From: Hormiphora californensis
Lineage: Eukaryota; Animalia; Ctenophora
DNA: 64,000 nucleotides
Direction of reading: 5' to 3'
Assembly: GCA_020137815.1 (NCBI GenBank)
Contig: CM035358.1
Span: forward strand, 1,736,001 to 1,800,000
This document shows, in pieces, positions 1 through 33,540 of this stretch (its first letter is position 1; the number at the start of each line of letters is the position of its first letter). The notes under the pieces were generated by a model. The model did no database searches and was not told where the DNA came from. It worked only from the letters and a program-made list of their open reading frames with translations. A program made the translations under genes and the position numbers.

Positions 1-181
1 TACACATTGCATGCACTTATGCGAATTAGACACATAATTGGCAGTGAAAGTCTCCCCTGTGTGCTACCCGTCTCTTGAATAATCATAAGTGTGAGAAACT
101 CACACCATTCAGTGAACTACAGAGAAATACATTTGACCCCCCCCCCACGTTATACTACCCCACCACCCCCTTTTTTCACAG

Positions 182-7554
<7,373 letters not shown>

Positions 7555-8189
7555 TGGGAGAAAGAGAGGAAGACTGAGACACTTTGTATTAGGACAAGAG
7601 AAAAAGAATTGAAGCCCAGCACCAGAGAGAACTACGAATGTAAAATATATAATTTGGGGTATAATGTTGATTCCCTATAATTGATTATTTTGGTGGTTGA
7701 TTACACCACTCAAAAGAACTATTTAGAGAGCTGTGCTCCGTTTTGAATTATGGATTCTGTAGTGTTTGTCAGTTTTATCTCGTAGAGCTAATTATTATAT
7801 GCTTTTTTGTCAATAAATTCTGATTTATTGCCTGGCAACGAGTTATTTTGCTCCTTTTTGATGAATAATGCTGCTCGTCCTTTGGTGTCTGGTTTGTACA
7901 TATTTTGGTTTCAGTAAATACATACACATTTCATACGTTTGAAGTCGAAAGATAGTTCGTTTTTCTTTTGAGGATCAAAATGGGCTGGTGGCGTCAGACA
8001 AGTGTTCGGGATGTAACGCGCGAAGTTTTTCGAAAACAATGCGCGCGACATAATGTTTGCTTCAATTTCTGCTGAGCGCCGCGCAGATGAATGATCCGAA
8101 TTGCAAATTTTATTTTTGTTTTGGTTTCCTTTCTGTTCAAAACGACGTTTCTAAGCATTTCCCCCTCGTAGGATGTGACCAAGACGATC

Positions 8190-11100
8190 ATGGCAGGAGA
8201 TTTTAACTTCGTGGCTTATTTGACGCTTTTTCTACAGCTCTCTAGTTCAACGCCGTCATTCCCCGTCCTCCCATCGCAGTTTCGAACTCAAATTCTTGGA
8301 CAGTTCCATCTTTCAGACTCTTCAACGGGATCTTTCACACTTGAACAAAGTTTCCTAAGGTCTCCCAACGATGGATCAACGATATCAAAGTGTCTATTCA
8401 CAGCAGAGCAATATTATAAGGGGACAATCATTAACAGTGCGAAAAATAAAACGCTAGAGTTCAATTTTTCTACTTGTTACCTTAAATCTCGTAATAAAGA
8501 CATTGGATACCAGAGTTATGGAATATCAGAAAGAGATAACCTGGGTTTTCAGCTAGTCGATGTTTTGCAGCTTTTTCAGGTATTTTCAGTACAAATCACA
8601 ATATCGTACAATGTGTAAACTGTATAATTTGTATCATGTTCTAAGTGAATTTGTTGATACAGGTATTACGAGTTGAGTGTGATCTTTTATATCTTAAAAT
8701 TTCCCAAAACCTGCTAATTTACAGAACACGAGTGAAGTATCAGCTGTTAATATTACTGAGGAGGGGACAGTGTACTCGCATGAACCGAGTGAAGCAGTTC
8801 CCTTTACAATCAGTGCACTCGTTCTAACAGAGCGTAAGTTTAATGACAAATTAAATAAGTGCAGTATCCTAATACAACATTTTGTTTCTAGTTGCTAAAC
8901 TAGAAAAAGTGATAATAGAAGGAGATAATTGGAATGTTACTTTACTGTACGATCAGCTCCTGCCGCTCACTGACACTTTTTATGCAAGTTCAAACTTTTT
9001 GAATATTTCAAATTATACCTGTTTCTGACAACCTAAAATCAGTTTCTCTGCTAGCTGTGAATGTCCGGTGCACTTCAACACCTTTGTATTACTAGGACTT
9101 GTAATTAGAACAAACCCTGCTTTTTGAAATGTCTATTGTGTATTGGACAGACCATCACCGCTGTTCCTGGTTACTACTACCTGGCGCCAATTTGTTCCAA
9201 TTATTTTGGTTTTTAGAATCTCAATGTTATTTACCCCAAACAGGTATCCACACCACCCCACGGAGTGTTATGTCGGAGTCAGGGTGAAAAGAAATCCATC
9301 CCTCCCGTAGATCCGTTTACATCATTTGAAGTTAGGATTATTTCACAGTATTACACCAGTCACAACTCTGCTGAGGCCATACAGGTACCCAGCAGGAACC
9401 GACCGACACAAGTAAACAACCAATCAGAACTCGTTATTTAGGTCACGTGACTGGTTATCAGCCAATCAGGGACCAGTATTTCCTGATTCGGTCGGTTCCT
9501 GGTACCCAGGATCTCTGATGATCTCAGCCTAACCATTTTACATTTGTGGTGAGACAGGGCCGAACATTTGGTCCTAAAATTGGCAAATAAAGATATTTTT
9601 ATTACCCCCCATGTTACATCCCACCCCTGTGTTACAGATAATGGATGATAGGATTGAGAACCTGACAAGTTTAGGATTTATAGCTGATACAGACCAACCT
9701 ACCCACTACACCAATGTAGTACACAACTCACACACGGGTAACGGGTGGATTATAAACAGGGAGACTGAGGTGTGTCAACAGTCCTCTCTCCTGCCTACAG
9801 GATCAAATTCCCTAATTCTACCACCGCTAATGAGGTAGGTATAATATACATACATTGTATACAAGAAAAAAGAAAGAGTTTAACCAATCTCAGATACATT
9901 CCATAATATTTCAAATATCACCCGGAATTGAATAACAGAACAATGCCTTTGTTTGGGCTTGATAAACTCTGTCACGAAGGGATATATTCAGATCTCTTAC
10001 ACACTTGTTTCTAACATGTTTCTAACATGTATCTGGTTTCTATTCCCAGTTATTTGTGAAGAAAGTACTGAAGAGACTTCACTTTTACAATAGGAACTAC
10101 CTGGCTCTTTTCTGGCAGGTAATTGAACATTGCACAAGTAATATTAGTCAACTATTCTCTTGTAGTATCAGCTTAATATGATGTTTATTACTCTAGGTGG
10201 GCTAATTGAAACAACATGTGAGTCCTGTCGGCATATTAGACTCGGTGATATTGATATTCTCGTTAACTTAAGTGCATCTCGAAACACTAGATTCCTCACT
10301 ACGATGAGACAGTTGAAATTCAACTAATCCTGCATTTTCGGAACGTGTTCGTCTCAACACTGCGCGCCGCAGACTGTACCAAACCCGGACCCCGGTCGAA
10401 CAAGCTAACAATAGTGCAATTACATGCGCGCGATGTACTATATCGCATGGAAGTTCACTATTGTTAGCTCGCTCACCCGGGCTAGCTCGAGCACCCGCGA
10501 CGCGCAATGCCGAGACGAACACGCTCCGAAAAGAGAGCATAACTATAATATCTTAGCATGTATTACTGACACACCCCACCCATTACAGGTGTGGGCTCTG
10601 TTGAGGGAGGGAGGTTATAGTTGGCAATACCAGGGAACCAGACTAATTAACTCAATCCACGTGGAAGTATGGAGCTACCCTGTCCAGTCAAGTTGGATCG
10701 CCGAGGTCGCCTTCACTGTGTGAGTACATAGTTATGGTGTAGTTGTAAGAAATAGTTGCTGTGTGAGTTATACAGGGTGGCCCATAATTTGTTGGGGCGG
10801 GGCGAGCCGCTGTAGTAGTTATATATAGAGAGAGATGCTGTGTGAAACCATTTGTTCGAGTTTCGATGAGTTTTTTGTATCGAAAATTGATCAAATAATA
10901 TTCAGCCGTATGTATGTCAGAGCATTGTCATACTCAGTTCTTTCTTGTGTTGGGAGATATTATATATTATTGGCTGAGATTGGACAGCTAATTATATACA
11001 CAGTGAAACCATATATTAGTTACTAGACACATCTGAATTAGTTCCCTAACTGGGTATAAACGATATACACACACAAAGCTCTTCAATAAGCTGGTTCGTG

Positions 11101-13426
11101 AGACATGCTGTTCATATTGATAGTACTCTAATGAACCTTGCATTTTGCCAATTTAATAATATTTCTTTGGTAATCCCCGACTCGATATGTTCACGATTCC
11201 AAAAAAAGTTTATTTCAGTATTTCAATAAAATCTTACCACACAGGGAGAAACTGCCGCTAAGAGAGAACGGTTATACCAACACCCTTAGAAGTATACCTG
11301 TGAACATTGATCTGTACAGAGTCCATGCTCGATCTAACTCTGCTCCTGCACTCTCCTTCCCCATCAACAACTTTCAAATAGACTCTAGTTCAGGTGAGAT
11401 AGTAGTTAGTACAACCTGACTTCCAATCTATCATGTCTCGTTTCTTAGAAAGATTCCTAGTAACGATTTTGTAGCGTTCTTGTTCCCCTAGCAACGATTA
11501 TCCTCCCTAGCAATGGTTGCCATGGCATTCGATACGTCATCGTGTTACAGTAACAATGAATTTACTGTTGCTCAGTTTACCCTTGATATCAACTACACTG
11601 TGGTGTACAAGTACGGTGTGGGCAACGTTAAACAGGTGAAAATGTAACTCGCTACTCTGTCTTTGGGAAGTTTGAAATGAAAGGAAGGATATATCATGGT
11701 TAAATGTTGCTGCCAAATAAATCATTTCTTTTTGAAAGTTGGGCCAGGGTCCTTTAACCTTCTGTTTTCATCTTGTAATTCCAAATCTACCAATTCTACA
11801 GGCGGTAATACAGTCTCTGGTACGATGGCTAAACATTGAAAGAGACCAAATATCTGGTGTTAGGTTATCCCCAGTTCCTGGACGGACCTTTGTGACCCTT
11901 ACAGTGTACCATGGCCTTCATAAGAAAGAGGAGCCTAGTGGTAAGATGAAGATTAATAAATTGGGAGTCATCCCCCAATTTTTCCTTCTCTAAGTTGAAC
12001 TAAAACCAGCATGAAAGGGAGAAGTGTTTTATCTTGTTTTTTCTTCTTTCGTTTATAATAGCCCCTGACTTGCTTTGTTCGGGGGGGGGGGGGGGGGGTT
12101 ATCATGGTGACAAATGGTGACTCATCTGACCATTTAGGGTATGTCACCATCACCATTTGTCACCATATGTCACCATTTTTCTCCATTTGTCACCATTTTT
12201 CTCCATTTGTCACCATTTTTTTGACGAAATATGCGGATTTCGGCAGAATTTTTTCAAAAATTTGATAAAATTTATTAATTTCCTTAGACCGATATATTTG
12301 TTCATAAGTTGTTAACATGGCCATTCCTGATCGGCTAGTAGTGTTTTGGACCGCTAAAAACTTCCCAAAAGTCACGTTGAGGGTGTACCTCCCTCGCACA
12401 ATACATAAAAGCGCAATTAACCGCCTGTGACCCCTCAATTACATCCAATCGACTTGAAACTTGGTAGAAGTGTCCCCCCCAGTGTCCCATAACAGCATAT
12501 TATGTCCCATAACATCATATTATGCCTGTAGGAAGCTCCAGAGAGAATGGTGACAAATGGTGACTCATCTCAAAATTTTGGTCATGTCATCATCACCATT
12601 TGTCACCATATGTCACCATTTGTCACCATTTGTCACCATGATTACCCCCCCCCCCCCCCTTTGTTCAAACTCTTTTTATTTTATTTTATAAAAACGTGCG
12701 GGGCTCTCGAATTGCAGTCTAGCTTGGCAACCCCTGATTATACCCCCACCCCGCCCCCTGATTTTAACCTCTTCATTTCTGCAGTAGTTGAGGGAAAGCT
12801 AAGATCAGCAGTTAATGACCCCTTGTATACAACTTTCACAAACCCGTACTCAGATCATGTCCAACTGGCATACTCTGTCCCTGGATCTCTTATCATTAAC
12901 TACCAGGTAACATAATGTTTTCATAAGTTTAGAGGGAAATATGAACTTTGGTCGGATTTTTAATACTTTTCTTGGTTTGCAAGATAGTCTCAACTAGTGA
13001 ATTGATACTGTACTTCCACTTACACCCTTCCACATCTCCTCTTCAGAACAAGTCACCCTCTCACGAGTGGAGCGTGTCGATAACAGCAGCAGTCAGTGCA
13101 TCCCTGGCTACCCTATTCCTGGGACTGATAGTAGGGGCCCTGATCTACCGGGTTTGGAATCTCAGGTAACGAGTAATTGATCGTATCCAGAGAGTCGGAA
13201 CACTCAAATGCATAACATGCTTACTACCAATCGGGATCTATTATGTAACTTAGTGAGTTAGAGCATGCCAAGTACGATACATGGATTGCTCCCCCAATCT
13301 ATTGTTCCCCTCAGATCAAGTAGAACGGTCCTAACTCTCGGAGGAGGAGAGGGAAGGAGGTGCAGCCCGAATTACAAGAAGTTCTCGAACGAAGAGGACA
13401 CTGTTAACATCGGCAGCAGTATTTGA
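8190..13426 (+). CDS. Uncharacterised multi-exon type I transmembrane protein, possibly endolysosomal
   Basis: Signal-peptide-like MAGDFNFVAYLTLFLQLSSS; many short GT-AG exons; TM segment SITAAVSASLATLFLGLIVGALIY (~13075-13150); tail ...NYKKFSNEEDTVNIGSSI* with a YxxF motif; AATAAA ~13538. Internal exon structure not fully resolved. Confidence 0.65.
9393..9501. mobile_element. 109-bp hAT-type MITE
   Basis: TIR CAGGAACCGACCGA/TCGGTCGGTTCCTG; 8-bp TSD GTACCCAG (9385-9392 and 9502-9509). Confidence 0.9.
12081..12659. mobile_element. MITE with poly-G/poly-C termini and 7(-8)-bp TSD
   Basis: TTTGTTC|G18-TTATCATGGTGACAAATGGTGAC...GTCACCATTTGTCACCATGATTA-C15|TTTGTTC; internal TGTCACCAT repeats. 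Confidence 0.8.
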
Positions 13427-13914
13427 TGGAAATATTATATTTAATTTGATATGTGTACCAAGACTGGAAGACTTGTGTGTGTTGATTTTATTGTTACTTT
13501 ATTATTTGCAGCCGCTCAACTCCTTTACCATACCCCAAATAAAGTATTTTGAATTTGATCCATTTCTTTAGCTGGTACTGATCAGGAAAACTATTTTGAG
13601 TTGTTGGATTCCATAGACCCTCGGGGCTCAGGGCAAAGGGGACAAGTTATGTGAGAGGCATTGAAAAGGAAATATACTCTCTCCTATCGACCTCTCACTA
13701 TGCCATGAGTGTGTTCGACCTGATTTGTCGAGCAATATCTGCCATTCACATCCGGCTCCCAGAGACAGGGAGAACAGGAAAACGGTGGGTGGAACAGTAC
13801 ACAGATCTGCCATCTCCCCCTTGTTGTTCTCCTACTTGTTGGACAGAGATTCACATAGACGTGACACGCGGTGGTGTAGGGGTATGGTTGTTGGCGCGAT
13901 CAATACGCGCGCAT

Positions 13915-15357
13915 GGCAATTTCTGATTTGCCGCATACGGCGTCTAGACGGCGTCGCAACGCCGTCTAGACGGCGTCTAGACGGTATACCGTCTGGACGG
14001 GTTTCGGTGAAATCAGCTAAAAACGGTACCGAAATTGCTTGAGACGGGTTATAGACGGTATCAGACGGTCTCTAGACGGGTTATAGACGGTATCAGACGG
14101 TGTTGCGACGGTATCAGACGGTCTCTAGACGGTGTCTAGACGGTACCGTCCCGGCGTCTGGACGGCGTCTGGACGGTGTCTAGACGGTATCCGTCCGAAA
14201 TTGAGACGGCACGTCTGAAAATTGTATCAGACGTTGAGACGGACTTTTAGAACTCCGTCTGTATTTCAGACGGAGTTTTAAAAGTACGTCTCAACGCAGT
14301 CTAAAGGAAAATCGATGAAAGTACCGTCTAGACAACGTCTCAACTGAAACCGGTCAACATACCGTCTAAACAACGTCTAGACAACGTCTAAACAGAATCT
14401 CGCGATTCAGTTTCAAATACCGTCTAGACAACTTCTCCAGCAATTTCGATAAGAATACCGTCTAAACAACGTCTAGACAACGTCTCAAATAATGATGTCT
14501 AGACTCGACCGTTTTCGAAGACCATTCTGGATTACCCATGCCAGTTGGAATTAGTGGTAGATGTGTGCCTATTGAATGAAAATTACACATGTGTTTATTT
14601 GAAGTTGGGTACGAAAATTACCGGGAGGATAACCCCTTTTCCGTCCCCGAGCATCGCGGTACGACTGTGCTGGTTAAACACATGTGTAATTTTCATTCAA
14701 TAGGCACACATCTACCACTAATTCCAACTGGCATGGGTAATCCAGAATGGTCTTCGAAAACGGTCGAGTCTAGACATCATTATTTGAGACGTTGTCTAGA
14801 CGTTGTTTAGACGGTATTCTTATCGAAATTGCTGGAGAAGTTGTCTAGACGGTATTTGAAACTGAATCGCGAGATTCTGTTTAGACGTTGTCTAGACGTT
14901 GTTTAGACGGTATGTTGACCGGTTTCAGTTGAGACGTTGTCTAGACGGTACTTTCATCGATTTTCCTTTAGACTGCGTTGAGACGTACTTTTAAAACTCC
15001 GTCTGAAATACAGACGGAGTTCTAAAAGTCCGTCTCAACGTCTGATACAATTTTCAGACGTGCCGTCTCAATTTCGGACGGATACCGTCTAGACACCGTC
15101 CAGACGCCGTCCAGACGCCGGGACGGTACCGTCTAGACACCGTCTAGAGACCGTCTGATACCGTCGCAACACCGTCTGATACCGTCTATAACCCGTCTAG
15201 AGACCGTCTGATACCGTCTATAACCCGTCTCAAGCAATTTCGGTACCGTTTTTAGCTGATTTCACCGAAACCCGTCCAGACGGTATACCGTCTAGACGCC
15301 GTCTAGACGGCGTTGCGACGCCGTCTAGACGCCGTATGCGGCAAATCAGAAATTGCC
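13915..15357. mobile_element. Foldback Mutator-like element: 683-bp inverted arms, 77-bp spacer, 9-bp TSD
   Basis: TSD CGCGCGCAT at 13906-13914 and 15358-15366; arms 13915-14597 and 14675-15357; many GTCTAGAC/AGACGG motifs. Confidence 0.88.
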
Positions 15358-15694
15358 CGCGCGCATCCCAGTCAGGCAAAATGTGATGAATTGCCTGGGA
15401 AGTCGCTTTGGATGAAGTCAGTCTCACCGGCTACCGAATTCGGAGTTGGTGCCAAATTCCCTGAACAGTCACAGCTTATCAGTTAAACTCGGAGTTTCTG
15501 TATTTCAAGTACTGAATCAGATACAACAACACAAAGAAAAAAACCTGCCCTTGCATATCAACATAGTCTTTTATCCAGTCAATCAGTTTCTATCGTCTCA
15601 CTGGGACATTACGGCCATGATTTTCTACTGGAACTTAGAGCGTTCCATCATTTTATTCCGGGTTGAACGTTTTGGGGGTTGTTGGGATGGTATA

Positions 15695-29379
<13,685 letters not shown>

Positions 29380-30488
29380 TCTCTCTGATGTTATGAGCTA
29401 AACATGGTGGAGATGGTGTTAAGAACATCACAGTTCAGAACTGTACTACACGTACTGTAGAAGAAACTACTACTGCACTGACATCTGGGGCCTGGGCTAT
29501 ATCACAACCTTGACTTGTTCGACCCTCTCTCAAAGAGGGTTAGAACATAACAAAGCATAACCACTACTTCCACAACTGCAGCAGTGTAAAACACGGCTTG
29601 GAACAAAACAAACACGTTGTTGCCAGATGTTTGCAATTTAGCTGAGAAAATAGCTCTGCAAAGAAGAGGTACGCTAGGGTTAGGTGCCGATAGAAAGTGT
29701 GAAAAGTAGGGTAAAAACCTATTTTGGCAAAAACGGCATTTATCACTGATTTGTTGCATAGCCTCATATAGCTGCTGCAGCTAGAAATAATATCAACAAA
29801 CACAGCTAAATTTACAGTTTATAGGAAGTAGAGGGGGCAGCATGGGGATAGAGATGGGTTCATTATGTCAGCTGATCCCTTCTCCCTGAGTTGTAAGACA
29901 TCACACTGACAGTGGGTTCATGATGAAGGTACCTAATAAAAGGTTGAATTGGAGAGATACACAACACAGTGGGAATGGAAGAATGAGAGACAGAAAATGA
30001 AGAGAATACACTGGGAGAGTTGAGTGAGAAACCGGAATTAAATACAAGTACAAGCTAGTTTACACTTCCCGTGCCCCCACGAATACAGTCTTATAGGAAG
30101 AGTGAGAGAAAGGAGGAGGGAAAGAGAGAAGACAAAATGAGACATATGGTGGTAGATGAAGATTTATCGGCAAATGAACACAGCTGTTACTTTTTTACAA
30201 TACATACGGACAAAATGGCTGAATAGCGAATATATACGGGAAATATGCGGGGAATAAATACACATTTATTCAATATTTACACATTTCTAATTCTAATTTA
30301 GGGAATGATAACATTAAAAAACTCGAAGATAAACTAATCATGTGGTCTGACTGTTGTTATAAAATAACGAAAAGATGGTAGTGGGAGAACCACCCTCTAT
30401 CATGACCAAGCATAATTTATGAAGCAGCAGTGGACAAACAAAGAACACAAATAGGGCTCAATATGTACATGTTACTGAGATGAGAGAG

Positions 30489-30523
<35 letters not shown>

Positions 30524-31139
30524 CAAGAGCTAAACATAATGATAAATTATCCAAGGGGACGACTGCTTGTCGTGATAAGCCAGCGCCCTCCCCTCTTATC
30601 ACATGGTGGATTCTGCTGTAACACGACTACATCTATGCGTCACAAGACTGAGGGTGAGACAGGAAATATTTATCACAGACACAGAAATTACAAAAACCAC
30701 CACGGCCTTCGTGGGGGAGAAAGGGATGTGAATTGTGAAACATGATCCAGGACAATTAAACTTCCTAGTTACATCCGTAATAGAGTGATCTATGGGAAAC
30801 ATAAACCCAGCTCATAACAAAAAAAGATCATCATCATATGTGTCGAGAGAGCAGACTCGAAGATGCAAAATATCCGGAAGTTTCGCGCCATGATCACGAT
30901 TTGCCGAGTTTCGCGCGGTGATGAACCATGAGAGGCGATTGGGAGTCATCCGCGCGTTACATGACCGTCTGTGTAACATCAAGTTGAAATCCGCGAAAAG
31001 TGGGGACCAAAAACGAGCGGACTTGGATACATATACAACGATTGGACTCGGAGTGGCCTCTTTGGGCTGCCTTGCCGCGCTAGTCAGACCCTACTTCACT
31101 TGATGACGTAATTCTTTATCATCTAAAAAGACAAGTCCT

Positions 31140-31917
31140 TGTAGCACACCTGGGCAATGAGTAGATAGATATTATAAGCATGCACCTTGCACCACCTGCC
31201 TCCTATCTTTAGTGCACCTGGTTAGATAAGATTCGCCTTGCAGCCCCTTGTCGACGTAGCCCTTTGTGAGAATAAAACTAGAGAGCATCAAAACAACACG
31301 GAGAGAAAACATCTGCACCCTTAACAATAGTTGGTAGGATCACACGTGGCCAATCAATTGCAATTAGAGACCCCCAGCGAAGCCCCCTGAGGCTGAACAA
31401 AGGGCCAGCGTGGCCAATAAACGGGGGGACGTGCCTTAAAGCAGAGCCATTTCCAACAATTCTACCTTAGCTCCTGTATCTCGACCTTCTGTAAACCACA
31501 GTCGCAGCAACTACACAACATCAACTCCAACGCCACAAAAACTACATCTCGCCGGCAGCTACAACCTCCTCTGTAACCTTTTTCCAACAGCATCACCAAC
31601 CAGCATCACCAACCCACAAAGTAAGTGCCAATGGACAAGGAGGAAATCATGTTCGTCCCTCCGCCTAAACCCAAAAGATGGTGCAAGAGCAAAGAATCCA
31701 GGTCACTCACACATATAGGACCCTAACAGCCTCAGAGAGGGAACACATAGCCACTATAGCAACCCTAGAAGCGGCGAAGCTGTCTCTAATCGAGGCGGGT
31801 AACTGGGTGAAACGCACTAATAGTGGAGGGTTTGCTACCCGAGACGCACTAATAGTGGAGGGTTTGCTACCCGGGACGCTCCAAGTCCTGAAGTTTCAAC
31901 TGCATGAACTTCGTCAG
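31140..31917 (+). mobile_element. Probable truncated LTR retrotransposon 5' end (LTR ~31140-31326 plus leader)
   Basis: TGT...AATAAA...ACA followed within 5 nt by PBS-like TGGTAGGATC; no second LTR seen. Confidence 0.4.
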
Positions 31918-32169
31918 AGGAGGGTTTACAATCTGATCTTTTGAAGGTTACAGAATGGGCCAAGATAAACAATATGGTGCTACATGATCAGAAATTTCAA
32001 CTCCTGAGTTACAGACTGAACAAGTCGGCAATCTACAAGGAATTCCCTTTTTCAGTTGACATATGTTCGTATACCACAAAATCTGGAGTACAACTGTTTC
32101 CTGAAGCTGATGTCCGTGACTTGGGTGTCCAGATGTCCTCGGATGGTTCTTGGTCTAAGCACATTGCCA
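31918..32169 (+). pseudogene. 252-bp internal RT fragment of the LINE family present at 35987-48240
   Basis: Essentially identical to 43828-44015 joined to ~47451-47514. Confidence 0.92.
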
Positions 32170-32649
32170 TTTCTTGAATATCGAGTTCCCGAAGAATAAA
32201 TGTGTCGATTACTGTGTCCCGCTAAAACGAGTGTCCGTAAGGAACGTTTCATTCACTGAGTACCTAGACGAGCAGCCCAACAGTTCACTAAGACTAAAAG
32301 GCCGCGGCCACAGCCCACAGTCCACACACCTGGGGGTACGAACGAAAAATCTAATGAAGCTGCTCGAATACATGGGCTCAGGGTAGTCGCCAGCTGTATG
32401 AACAGCCTCAAGGAGATGCTAACTGTAACATGTGGCAGTGCACTGCACACTGCCAAAAATGAAAAAAGTACCCTGCACTAAAACGGCTCTAACCGCCAAA
32501 CCACTCAACCGTTTAGCTAATTCAAAGTTAATCTGATAGGAAATGTCAAGCCCTAACCCCAACCCCAATCCCAGCCCTATAACCCTAAAAACAGAGAGTG
32601 CTGACACTCCAAACACCGAGACTTTAACGCTGCCAGAAAGGTTGGCAAA

Positions 32650-33183
32650 CGCGGGATAAGGCAGCGCTTTTCAACCAGAAAGGCTCCGCGCCAATTTTTT
32701 TGACAGACACGATCCAGGCCGACCGCGACGCGACGACGCGAGTTTATGAAAATTTATGCGCTGCATGTCGCGAATTTAAAGTGCGATTTTTAATAATGCG
32801 AACCGGGGGCGCGCATTAATAATAACATAATTCCATTTGCGCGTGCTAAATCCGGTTCCTGATAAGCTAGCGACTTTTTCTTGGTGCCATTGGAAAGATA
32901 AAAATTTCATCTTTCCAACGCAACCAGGATCAAGTCTCTATCTCATCAGGAACCGGAGATATGACCAATTAACCAATTGTGTGCGCGGCGGCCTGTCGCT
33001 TAAATAAAAAATTCGACTATACGCGGCGATATTTTGTGCAAAGCGATTAATTTTGAACGCGCATTCGCTTCAGCGCGCGCAGCACGCTTTGCTTTGGCAG
33101 AAAAAAGTTCGTTCACAAACTTCAGAAATTTGAGAACAACTCAGTGCACTGAAAAGCGTTGAAAAGCGCTGCCTTATCCCGCG
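32650..33183. mobile_element. Non-autonomous DNA transposon-like element with ~26-bp inverted ends and an internal palindrome
   Basis: CGCGGGATAAGGCAGCGCTTTTCAAC / GTTGAAAAGCGCTGCCTTATCCCGCG; internal TCCGGTTCCTGAT...ATCAGGAACCGGA; TSD not resolved. Confidence 0.55.
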
Positions 33184-33453
33184 CCAGCAGCATTTGCCAA
33201 CTCTCCAGAGCACACTTGTCTGAAAAACACTGCTTTATCTCGCGCTGCTGCTGTAGCATATGCCAACGCATTCGTTAGAGGTGGCAAAACCGGATGCCTG
33301 GGACTCCCGCCGTGGGAGCAGGGAGAGGATTTGGCATTTGCTTGGAGCAGAGCCCCCTGAAAGTCGGATAGGGGGCTAAGATTTTGTCGAAATTAGCTGA
33401 AGACTTCGTCTTTTTCGCCCAAAATTTTCTGAGCAGCCCGGATCGGGCTACAC

Positions 33454-33495
33454 GTTTCAAACTTTTCAACACTACTTTAAACAAATTAATTTGAG
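33454..33495 (+). other. 42-nt spliced-leader-like sequence heading LINE 1
   Basis: GTTTCAAACTTTTCAACACTACTTTAAACAAATTAATTTGAG, identical to 35987-36028; 45 nt before the ORF ATG; matches my recollection of the ctenophore SL exon. Confidence 0.8.
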
Positions 33496-33540
33496 GCGCG
33501 CGCCCGTGCGTTTTCGAATATCCCTCTGTAGGCTCTAGCC

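Noticed and set aside
13570-13800. Exon-like segment downstream of the membrane-protein gene
   Set aside because: No consistent frame or recognisable homology, so a gene cannot be supported.
29480-31110. Short ORFs upstream of the TMEM104-like gene
   Set aside because: No recognisable motifs or coherent exon chain.
33454-33495. SL RNA gene interpretation of the 42-nt motif
   Set aside because: Neither copy is followed by a GT donor or intron/Sm-site region, and the upstream flanks are not shared.
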